A DNA stretch of 64,000 bases from Candidatus Nealsonbacteria bacterium. GTDB taxonomy: Bacteria; Patescibacteriota; Minisyncoccia; Minisyncoccales; RBG-13-42-11. Shown piece after piece: positions 27,900 through 35,629 of the stretch (positions are counted from its first letter, which is position 1; the number at the start of each line of letters is the position of its first letter). The DNA lies in NCBI GenBank assembly GCA_019923625.1, contig JAHXGN010000001.1, positions 8,939 through 72,938 on the forward strand, written 5' to 3'. The position numbers and the translations under genes are program-made. The notes below the pieces were generated by a model. That model made no database searches, was not told the origin of the DNA, and saw only the letters and a program-made list of their open reading frames with translations.

Positions 27900-28259
27900 T
27901 CATACGACTTGCATGCCTTATCCACGCCGCCAGCGTTCATCCTGGACCAGGATCAAATCCTCAATAATACGCTGAAGTTGCGCTGAAAAAAGATTTCCGC
28001 TGAATTTTAATCAACGTACTCATCAGCGTCATATCAGCGGTGTCCCCGTAAGGGGACATTCGGGACAACTCAAAAAAACTAAATGAACGATAGTGAATTT
28101 ACCATTCACTCCGTTCCGATTCAATTTTCAAGGTTCTTTCCTTTTTATGTTTTTCTTCCCCGGTATTACTACCCGAAAAAGAAAATAATCAACAACTGCA
28201 ACACTTTTTCTTTTTTGTTTTCTTTGCCATGTTTTCTTTATTCTTTTACTTGTCTTTAA

Positions 28260-28288
28260 ATTTTACTTTTTAAAAAAACTTTTGTCAA
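28260..28288 (-). promoter_or_regulatory. rRNA promoter
   Basis: TTGACA-17 nt-TAAAAT about 290 nt upstream of the 16S; boxA-like GAACCTTGAAAAT near 28124-28136. Confidence 0.75.
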
Positions 28289-28381
28289 GTCCAGTCTTGT
28301 ACAACAAGATGAGCCCCAAATGAAAGCCATTTCTAACGCAAAACGACCCTGAAATTTGTGTTGAAAACAGCGGAGAAGAGA

Positions 28382-29010
28382 CTATATTTCTTCAATTTTC
28401 TTTTTAAAATCTTCCCATTTAATATTTTTTCCGCCGGCCAACTTACAAATTTCAAAAAATTCGCAATATTGACATTGCCAGCCCGTTGGAAAGACCGATA
28501 ATCTTTCGGGAAGAATATTTGCTTTAATTTTTGATTTTAATTCTTCAAAATTAATCAAAAGTTTATTGACTAATTTTTAATTCCAAAATAATGGAGATAG
28601 AGCTGAATTTGATAAGAATCTTCTATTTTCGGTTCTGTCATTTTTTCCAAATTCATTCGGCCGCTGATACTTTTAATATCTAAAACATAGGGTTCTCCTT
28701 CAAGGCTGATAATAGCATCGGCCCGGCCGGAAACTATTTCCTGAGGAGGAATATCAATCTCAGTTGCCCTTATTAACCTTAAACTGATAAGGGGTCTTAA
28801 AATTAATTGATGAATATAGTTTCCGTACTCAAATAATCTTAATTTTTCAGCTTCAATTTCTTTGGCCGGAGCTTTCTTAAATCTAAAAAAAATACTTCTC
28901 GGACATTTTCCAGCTTCACTAATATAAAATTTGGCTCTTTCTTTGTTCCTTCTTTCATTTTTTTCTCTTTCTTTATCCAAATAAAGTTTATCAATAAGTT
29001 CCTTTAACAT
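28382..29010 (-). pseudogene. Solo Cas4-like PD-(D/E)XK nuclease, frameshifted near 28572
   Basis: ISEAGKCPR, GRADAII, VLDIKS, QIQLYL; another frame continues ...WQCQYCEFFEIC to TAG at 28382. Confidence 0.75.
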
Positions 29011-29057
29011 ATAAAATAATTACGCGCTTGCCGAGCGGATTTATTCTTATAACAGGA

Positions 29058-29200
29058 GCGAGGCAATAAGTTTCAGAGTAAATTTCGCAGGTCTGTTGGC
29101 ATGGCTCCCGACAAAGTCGGGACAACAGACCGAGAATTTAGATAGTCAAATTTCGCTGGAAATTTGAACTATCGGTACTCTGAAACTTCGTTGCCGAGCG
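29058..29200. repeat. Family A structured element, copy 2 (after rpsI stop)
   Basis: GCGAGGCAA...TTCGCAG..CGAGAA...GCTG...TTGCCGAGCG. Confidence 0.92.
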
Positions 29201-29203
29201 GAT

Positions 29204-29884
29204 TTACCGTTTTTGCCACTGCGGCGCGCGGCGGGCGCGCTTTAAGCCGAATTTTTTTCTCTCTTTTTTACGGGGATCGCGTTTTAAATAACCGGCCTTT
29301 TTTAATCTTTTTCTGAAATCGGGGTTAAATAAAATTAAAGCCCGGGCAATCCCGTGTCTGATAGCTTCGGCTTGAGAATGAATTCCTCCACCTTTAACCT
29401 TAATCAAAATCCGGAATTTATCAAAACACTTCATTTTTTCCAAAGAAGCAGTAGTAATTTGCTGAAGTTCAAGGGTTGGAAAATAAAGATTATAAGGTTT
29501 TTCATTAACCAAAAAAACCCTTTCTCCCTGGGTAAAAATCCTGATTCTGGCTATGGCTGTTTTTCTCCGACCGATTGCTTCAAGATACTTTTCTGGTTTA
29601 GGTGGAAGTTTTGGTTTCTTATCCTCTTTCGGAGGCAGTTTTTCCTTAGGGGGGGTCTTTTCTATTTTTTTTATTTTCGGTTTTTTCTCAATTTCCCGAG
29701 CGCTAGCGAGGGAGTTCGAAGAGAACTCTGTTCTCTTCTCACGCCCCACCTTCCTATCGTCGGGTTCAACGTTCGAAGAGAACTCTGTTCTCTTCTCACG
29801 CCTCACCTTCCTATCGTCAGGTTCAGCGCAAGAAGAAGCAATAGTTTCATTGAGCTTTGTTTTTTTATTTTTTTCTATCGGCAT
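29204..29884 (-). CDS. rpsI: 30S ribosomal protein S9 with long N-terminal extension
   Basis: GRRKTAIAR, GGGIHSQAEAIRHGIARAL, RDPRKKERKKFGLKRARRAPQWQKR. Confidence 0.97.
   Translation of the reverse strand: MPIEKNKKTKLNETIASSCAEPDDRKVRREKRTEFSSNVEPDDRKVGREKRTEFSSNSLASAREIEKKPKIKKIEKTPPKEKLPPKEDKKPKLPPKPEKYLEAIGRRKTAIARIRIFTQGERVFLVNEKPYNLYFPTLELQQITTASLEKMKCFDKFRILIKVKGGGIHSQAEAIRHGIARALILFNPDFRKRLKKAGYLKRDPRKKERKKFGLKRARRAPQWQKR
29695..29840. repeat. Nested family B composite in rpsI (inner 57-nt unit duplicated)
   Basis: Near-identical to 42524-42612 and 47458-47562. Confidence 0.92.
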
Positions 29885-29886
29885 TT

Positions 29887-30234
29887 TTATTCTATTTTTA
29901 ATTTTTTAATTATTTTCTCTCTTAATTTGTTTTTCGGCAACATGCCGTAAATGGCCATTTTCAAAACCTTGGCTGGATTTTTCTTAAAAATTATTTTTAA
30001 TGGAGTTTCTTTAAGACTGCCTAAATAACCCGAGTGATGGTAGTATTTTTTTTTCTCCATTTTTTTACCGGTTAATTTAATTTTTTCTACATTTTTAACC
30101 AGCACGAAATCACCCACATCTTTATATGGCACGAAATCTGGCTTGTGCTTACCCCGCAATAATATGGCAATTTCGCTTGCCAATCTGCCTAAAACCTTGT
30201 CAGTGGCATCAATGGTGTGGGTCTTACGTTCCAT
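29887..30234 (-). CDS. rplM: 50S ribosomal protein L13
   Basis: IDATDKVLGRLAS, LRGKHKP, HSGYLG, GMLPKN. Confidence 0.97.
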   Translation of the reverse strand: MERKTHTIDATDKVLGRLASEIAILLRGKHKPDFVPYKDVGDFVLVKNVEKIKLTGKKMEKKKYYHHSGYLGSLKETPLKIIFKKNPAKVLKMAIYGMLPKNKLREKIIKKLKIE

Positions 30235-30258
30235 AATTTAAAAATTTGAAATTTAAAA

Positions 30259-30609
30259 TTATTTTATTAATTCAATAATGGCCATTTTGGCGCCGTTTGA
30301 TTTTCTCGGCCCCAACTTAATAATCCGGGTATAGCCGCCCTTTTTTTCTTTATATCTAAGGGCAATTTCTTCTATTATTTTTTTTACTACCTTTGGTGAA
30401 AATTTTTGAAGCAATAATCTTCGCGAGGTCAAATTGTTTTTTTGGGCCCTGGTAATTGTTTTTTCAAGAAATGGTCGCACCTCTTTGGCTTTTGCCTCGG
30501 TTGTTTTAATTTTTTCTTTCAAAAAAAGAGAGCTTGCCAAGCTTCTCAACAAGGCCTTTCTTTGGTCTCTTTTTCTATTTAGTTTTCTTCCCTTTTTTCT
30601 TTTTTTCAT
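30259..30609 (-). CDS. rplQ: 50S ribosomal protein L17
   Basis: IKTTEAKAKE, GGYTRIIKLGPR. Confidence 0.97.
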   Translation of the reverse strand: MKKRKKGRKLNRKRDQRKALLRSLASSLFLKEKIKTTEAKAKEVRPFLEKTITRAQKNNLTSRRLLLQKFSPKVVKKIIEEIALRYKEKKGGYTRIIKLGPRKSNGAKMAIIELIK

Positions 30610-31381
30610 CTTTTTTAGAAAGAACCTGTTTTTTTAACCGACTTTTTTTCTTTTGTCTCTGGGTTTTTTCCCGAATTTTGGGAATTTTAACCAAAGAGGG
30701 AGCAAAGGTCTCGGAAATTAAAGAAAAATGTTTAATCAAAATATCTGAGGCCTGAAAAAGAGCTTCTTCTGGTTTTAAAGTGCCATCGGTTTCAATTTCT
30801 AAATTAAGTTTATCAAAATCAGTTCTTTCTCCAACCCTCATATTCTCAACCTTAAAGGCCACTTTTCTTACCGGGCTATAAATGGCGTCAAGGGGAATTA
30901 CCCCTATTTCTAATTTTTCTCTTTTTTTTAATTCTTTCGGTTGATAACCTATTCCTTTTTCAATTAATATTTCCATTTCTAATTCTGCCTTTTTTTCGGT
31001 TAAGGTGGCGATATGAACATCTTTATTTATTAATTCAACATGGCTGGGTAATTCAAAATCAGAACCATTTATTTTTTTCTCACCCTTTATTTTTAAAATC
31101 GCTTTTTGGGGTTCATCGCTAAAAATTTTAAATCTCATCTGTTTCAAATTAAGCATAATAGAAATTACATCTTCTAAAACCCCGGGGATAGTAGAAAATT
31201 CATGAGAGACCCCTTTAATTTTCATTTGAGTAACAGCTGCTCCTGGTAGAGAAGAAAATAAAACCCTTCTTAAGGAGTTGCCGATTGTCACTCCATAACC
31301 GGGATAAAGGGCTTCAATTTCAAATGTTGCTTTGTTTCCTTTTTTTTCAATAATTTTTGGTTTAAGAAAAAGAGGTATCAT
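30575..31381 (-). CDS. rpoA: RNA polymerase alpha subunit lacking a recognisable alpha-CTD
   Basis: GYGVTIGNSLRRVL, HEFSTIPGVLED, DAIYSPV, RVGERTDFDKL. Confidence 0.96.
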   Translation of the reverse strand: MIPLFLKPKIIEKKGNKATFEIEALYPGYGVTIGNSLRRVLFSSLPGAAVTQMKIKGVSHEFSTIPGVLEDVISIMLNLKQMRFKIFSDEPQKAILKIKGEKKINGSDFELPSHVELINKDVHIATLTEKKAELEMEILIEKGIGYQPKELKKREKLEIGVIPLDAIYSPVRKVAFKVENMRVGERTDFDKLNLEIETDGTLKPEEALFQASDILIKHFSLISETFAPSLVKIPKIREKTQRQKKKSRLKKQVLSKKDEKKKKGKKTK

Positions 31382-31456
31382 AATAAAGTGATACTAATAT
31401 ACGAATTTATACCAATAATATGAATAATTGGTATATCGATATATTAGTGTTGATAT

Positions 31457-32086
31457 TTAACGTGAATAAAATTCAAAAATAGATGATAATTCGGCCGGAG
31501 GTATTACTTCATCCAAAGCGGGAACTCTTAACACCTTTCCTTCCAATTTTTCAAGATTTAATTCTAACCAAACAGGAAGACGTTGTTTTTTCAATAAAGT
31601 TGGCAGGTTTTTGAATATATTTTTTTTCTGCGATTGAAGTGAAATATTAATTCTATCTCCTTTCTTTACTTGATAAGAAGGGATATTGACTTTTTTACCA
31701 TTAACTAAAAATTGACCGTGGCTTATTAATTGTCTGGCTTGAAGACGAGAAGGAGTAAATCCTAATTGAAAAATAACATTATCTAATCTTGTTTCCAGTG
31801 CCACAATCAAAAGAAGGTCAAGATCTTCAACCCTACCTCTTTTTTTTAAAACTCCTTTGACATATTTTTTGAACTGACGTTCTCTTAAATGATACCAATT
31901 TTTTAATTTTTGCTTCTCTTTTAATTCTTTTCCGTATTCGGAAAGAGTTCTTTTCCTTCTTTTTCCGGTTAGACCGGGGGGATAAGGTCGTTTAATCATT
32001 GGACATTTTTGAGAAAAACATCTTTCTCCTTTTAAAAAAAGTTTTATTGCCAATCTCCGACAAATTTTACATTTTGAATTTTCCAT
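31457..32086 (-). CDS. rpsD: 30S ribosomal protein S4
   Basis: SEYGKELKEKQK, LETRLDN, ARQLISHG, EFYSR. Confidence 0.97.
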   Translation of the reverse strand: MENSKCKICRRLAIKLFLKGERCFSQKCPMIKRPYPPGLTGKRRKRTLSEYGKELKEKQKLKNWYHLRERQFKKYVKGVLKKRGRVEDLDLLLIVALETRLDNVIFQLGFTPSRLQARQLISHGQFLVNGKKVNIPSYQVKKGDRINISLQSQKKNIFKNLPTLLKKQRLPVWLELNLEKLEGKVLRVPALDEVIPPAELSSIFEFYSR

Positions 32087-32112
32087 AAATCAATACCTGA
32101 TAAACATCGCCC

Positions 32113-32160
32113 TCCCGAGCGAAGCGAGGGGGAAGAAGAGACGAAGTCTCTTCGCCCCGC
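32113..32160. repeat. Family B element, intergenic
   Basis: CCCGAGCGAAGCGAGGG-GGAA-GAAGAGACGAAGTCTCTTC. Confidence 0.8.
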
Positions 32161-32161
32161 C

Positions 32162-32614
32162 TTACAACCTTCTTACTTTCGGTGGACGGCAGCCATTATG
32201 GGGAATTGGCGTAACGTCTCTGATTGAAGTAATTTCCAGGTCTCGAGCAGCGATTGAACGAAGGGCTGAATCCCGACCAGCTCCAACCCCTTTTATTAAA
32301 ATTTCAATTTTTTTGATTCCCATTTTCTGGGCGGTTTGAATTATCTGTTCCCCGGTTTTAGAAGCGGCAAAGGGGGTGCCTTTTTTTGTTCCCTTAAAGC
32401 CGATATTGCCGGCGCTCGTCCAATATAAAACATTTCCCTTTTTATCCGTTAAGCTCATTAACGTATTATTATATGAAGAAAAAATATAAATTTTCCCCTC
32501 TTGGGTTTTAGAGGGAATGGCGATTTTTGTTTCTTTTTGAATCTTTGTTTCTATTTTTTCTCTTTCCTTAAGAAGTTCTTGTTCGGTTTTAGCAACAATA
32601 CGTTTTTTCCCCAT
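32162..32614 (-). CDS. rpsK: 30S ribosomal protein S11
   Basis: SYNNT, GFKGTKKGTPFAA, DVTPIPHNGCRPPK. Confidence 0.97.
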   Translation of the reverse strand: MGKKRIVAKTEQELLKEREKIETKIQKETKIAIPSKTQEGKIYIFSSYNNTLMSLTDKKGNVLYWTSAGNIGFKGTKKGTPFAASKTGEQIIQTAQKMGIKKIEILIKGVGAGRDSALRSIAARDLEITSIRDVTPIPHNGCRPPKVRRL

Positions 32615-32625
32615 ATTAAGTTGAT

Positions 32626-33015
32626 TTAGGTTGGTGTTGGGGCTGGTTTTTTGCCCGAGCCAACGGATTTCCTAATATTTCCTCTTATTGTTCTGGTATT
32701 TTTCTTTGTTTTTTGACCCCTAACCGGCAAACCTTTTAGGTGACGAATCCCTCGCCAACAACCAATATCTTTTAATCTTTTAATGCTCATCATTATTTCT
32801 CTTTTCAGGTCGCTCTCAACTTTATATTTTTTTTCAATAATTTCTCTTAAACGATTGGTTTCTTCCGACGTTAAATCCTTTGCTCTAACCGAAAATGATA
32901 TTTTCGCTTCATTTAAAATTTTCTTGGCTAAAGATAAGCCAATCCCATAAATATAGGTTAAGGCAATCTCTATTTGTTTTTTTTCGGGGATATTCACCCC
33001 GGCAATACGTGGCAT
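32626..33015 (-). CDS. rpsM: 30S ribosomal protein S13
   Basis: [32 protein letters not shown]. Confidence 0.97.
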   Translation of the reverse strand: MPRIAGVNIPEKKQIEIALTYIYGIGLSLAKKILNEAKISFSVRAKDLTSEETNRLREIIEKKYKVESDLKREIMMSIKRLKDIGCWRGIRHLKGLPVRGQKTKKNTRTIRGNIRKSVGSGKKPAPTPT

Positions 33016-33120
33016 AAATAATCAACGAATTACGAATTGAAATGAATCCCGCCCTTGAGAGCTGCTTCTTCGTCCCTTCGTCCCCTCGAACCACCTTATT
33101 CCTATTTTAATTTTCTTTTT

Positions 33121-33390
33121 TTATTTGTAAGCACTGCCGCGCCAATCGATGACTTCAACATAAACTCTTTTCCTTTCAAAATTAAATTCGGCAATAATTC
33201 TTAATTTGCCGATTTTGATTCTATGAAACCCGAGCCATTTGCCTTTAATCTTAACGATATCAATATTTACATCCTCTCCTTGAAATTTTTTGAGAGTTTT
33301 CTTTATGATTTCGATAATCTCATTTTGAGAAATTTTATTCACTTCCAGAAACCTTAGCGCCCGGCTATGAAGGTCTATCTGCCAATTCAT
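33121..33390 (-). CDS. RelE/ParE-family toxin
   Basis: 89 aa; KIKGKWLGFHRIKIGKLRII...IDWRGSAYK. Confidence 0.82.
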   Translation of the reverse strand: MNWQIDLHSRALRFLEVNKISQNEIIEIIKKTLKKFQGEDVNIDIVKIKGKWLGFHRIKIGKLRIIAEFNFERKRVYVEVIDWRGSAYK

Positions 33391-33584
33391 ATCTTGAATT
33401 TGACGCTTTTAGCAACTTTGCGTGTTGGCTTTCTGTATAATCTTTCAATTTCTTTCTGTTCTTTTTCAGAAACAAACGGAAATAAATCCGCCTTCAATTT
33501 CATAAATTCCGAAGTTAACACTTCTTTCAGGGTTTCTCTAAACAAATTTTTTAATTTTGTCTCAGTAATAGTGATATTAGCCAT
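33387..33584 (-). CDS. Probable cognate antitoxin
   Basis: 65 aa, 4-nt overlap with the toxin, own promoter. Confidence 0.7.
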   Translation of the reverse strand: MANITITETKLKNLFRETLKEVLTSEFMKLKADLFPFVSEKEQKEIERLYRKPTRKVAKSVKFKI

Positions 33585-33593
33585 GATAATTCT

Positions 33594-33622
33594 ATTTTAT
33601 CCAGTTTTTTAACCTTTGTCAA
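33594..33622 (-). promoter_or_regulatory. sigma70 promoter of the TA pair (near-leaderless)
   Basis: TTGACA-17 nt-TAAAAT, 9 nt before the ATG. Confidence 0.7.
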
Positions 33623-33786
33623 TCAAAAATTACTATTCCCAATCCCCAATCCTTGTAAAGGGGTCAAGTAAGGCTTAGCTTTGACGAATTTCCAGTTTTG
33701 AATTTTACGTTGTGGTTTTTCATTTTTCGCTTCACGCTTTTCGCTAACATTAGTTAGCGTAAAATAGAGTTGACCCCATTTTCCCC

Positions 33787-33900
33787 TTACCCTTGTCTTT
33801 GTTTATGTTTTGGGTTTTCACAAATTACATAAAGTCGTCCTTTTCGACGAACGATTTTACATTTTTGGCAAATTTTTTTAATTGATGACTGTACCTTCAT
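33787..33900 (-). CDS. rpmJ: 50S ribosomal protein L36 (absent from the ORF track)
   Basis: Manual translation [37 protein letters not shown]. Confidence 0.96.
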   Translation of the reverse strand: MKVQSSIKKICQKCKIVRRKGRLYVICENPKHKQRQG

Positions 33901-34004
33901 TTTTTCACTTCGTGAAAAATTAGTCGGTCGCCTTCGGCGACCTCTTCCGCTGATTTAAGCTGATATATTTTCAACGTCTATTCAGCCTAGTTATCAACGT
34001 TATT

Positions 34005-34229
34005 TCAGCGGCCACGATATACTATTCTTCCTCTTTTTGTATCAGAGGGATTTATTTCTACCGTCACTCTGTCTCCGGGCAAAATTTTAATTTTATAAAT
34101 TTTTAATTTTCCGGCTAAATGGCAAAGGGATTCCTGTCCATCGTCAAACCTGACTCTAAAATTGACATTGGGTAAGGTCTCAAAAACCATTCCGCTCTTT
34201 CTTATTATATTTTTTTTATTTTGATTCAT
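34005..34229 (-). CDS. infA: Translation initiation factor IF-1
   Basis: ETLPN, HLAGK, ILPGDRVTVE, RGRIVYR. Confidence 0.95.
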   Translation of the reverse strand: MNQNKKNIIRKSGMVFETLPNVNFRVRFDDGQESLCHLAGKLKIYKIKILPGDRVTVEINPSDTKRGRIVYRGR

Positions 34230-34265
34230 CTATCTGTTAATAAAATAACAAATATCTCAAAATTA

Positions 34266-34384
34266 GTCAACCCAGTTAAATAAAATCTGAAAGATTTTAG
34301 ACCAAAGGGTCTATTTAACGGGGTCAACCCAGTTAAATAAAATCTGAAAGATTTTAGACCAAAGGGTCTATTTAACGGGGTCAA
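34266..34384. repeat. Family G element, two tandem 57-nt copies
   Basis: ACCCAGTTAAAT-[hairpin]-[hairpin]-ATTTAACGGGGT. Confidence 0.88.
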
Positions 34385-35629
34385 ACTTTAGACTAATTTT
34401 AATTCGTTCAAAATCGGCCGGGATTCTTTGAAGCCAAAAAGGGAATGTTTTAATTTCAATTTTGTTAATTTCCGGTTGTTCTTTCAAAAACAATTTCATG
34501 TCTTGGATTGATTTGCCGATTGATTCTTTTTTAATAAAATTCTTGTCAATTACCGGAAAAATTTTGCCCCCAACCTCCAAACTTAAAATCATTTCGTTTT
34601 CAACAAAATTAACCGATTTGAGAGTAGAATTAAAATTTAAACTTTCTTTAAGAAAAAGTTTATCGGCTGGTAAATTTTCTTCAATATGTTTTTGAATGAA
34701 TTTTTCAAGTTCCGCTTTTTGAAAAGCCAATCCCTTGGTTTTAATTTTGACTTCAGAAGTAAAGGACTCTGCTTCCTGGCCGGCTTTTTTTGAAAAAGAA
34801 CTGCTAATAATCTCTTGGGAAATTGCCTGATTGAGTAAAGATAAACCCGAAGGGATTTCTAATTTGAGGGATTCTTTACTTTTTTGTTTTGATTTTTCCG
34901 TTAAGATATTTTCCGCCTCCTTTAAATCTTGACTAGTTACTTGAGCCACTTTTTTCCTAAAACCACCCTCCATTGGCTGGAAAGATTGGCCATGAAGAGC
35001 AAAAAATAGCGGGGTACCGGCCAGTCCTGGAATAGAAAAATTAGACGGACCAATATTATATTCTTGACCAGCCTCAGCGGCTATTACTTCAATATCAATA
35101 AATCCGGCAACTAATCTTCCCCCTTCCCATTTTTGACCCGGAATTCTTTCTCTTTTAATTGAGCGGAATAACTTTCCATCACCGGAAACAAAACGAGTGT
35201 TAGCCACTAAAACCTGAGGAGAGGTTGAGTGGTTATTGTAGACCCGAATAAAACCCTTAGCCCTTCCTTCTTTCAAAACCCTGCCAGTAGAAGAAAACTC
35301 CTGGCTAAAAGTGTCTTCTCTTTCTAAAATTTTGGCTGGAATAATTTTTTCTTTAAGGGGGCTTGGAACCGATATTTCTTCTTCGACCACCCTAACTTCT
35401 TTTTTAAAATTCAATCTTTCTGTTTCCGGCCAAATTATAATTTCGGCTTTGGAAAAAATAAAATGAAGGGAAAAAGCAGTAATTATTAAAAAAACAAAAA
35501 CCGAGCCAAAAATTTTAACCCATTTTTTATTTTTTTTCTCAAATCTGATGAAGCCGTTGTTTCATTTTCCTCAAAAAAAGGTGTTTTGGGTGGAAAAATA
35601 TCAATAATTTTTTTAGGTTTTTTTCTCAT
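34368..35629 (-). CDS. Membrane-anchored hypothetical protein (baseplate J-like similarity suspected), frameshifted near 35545
   Basis: 348-aa ORF extends upstream in frame through a TM segment; ATG at 35629 overlapping the ftsA-like stop is in another frame. Confidence 0.6.

Noticed and set aside
27663-27986. Plus-strand 107-aa ORF (also 26250-26468)
   Set aside because: Antisense to the 16S rRNA; shadow ORFs.
29058-29200. Family A as a hammerhead ribozyme or Rho-independent terminator
   Set aside because: No CUGAnGA core on either strand and no U-tract; most copies are mid-operon.
29354-29950. 198-aa plus-strand ORF and the many other short antisense ORFs in the track
   Set aside because: They lie opposite well-supported housekeeping genes and show no recognisable motifs.
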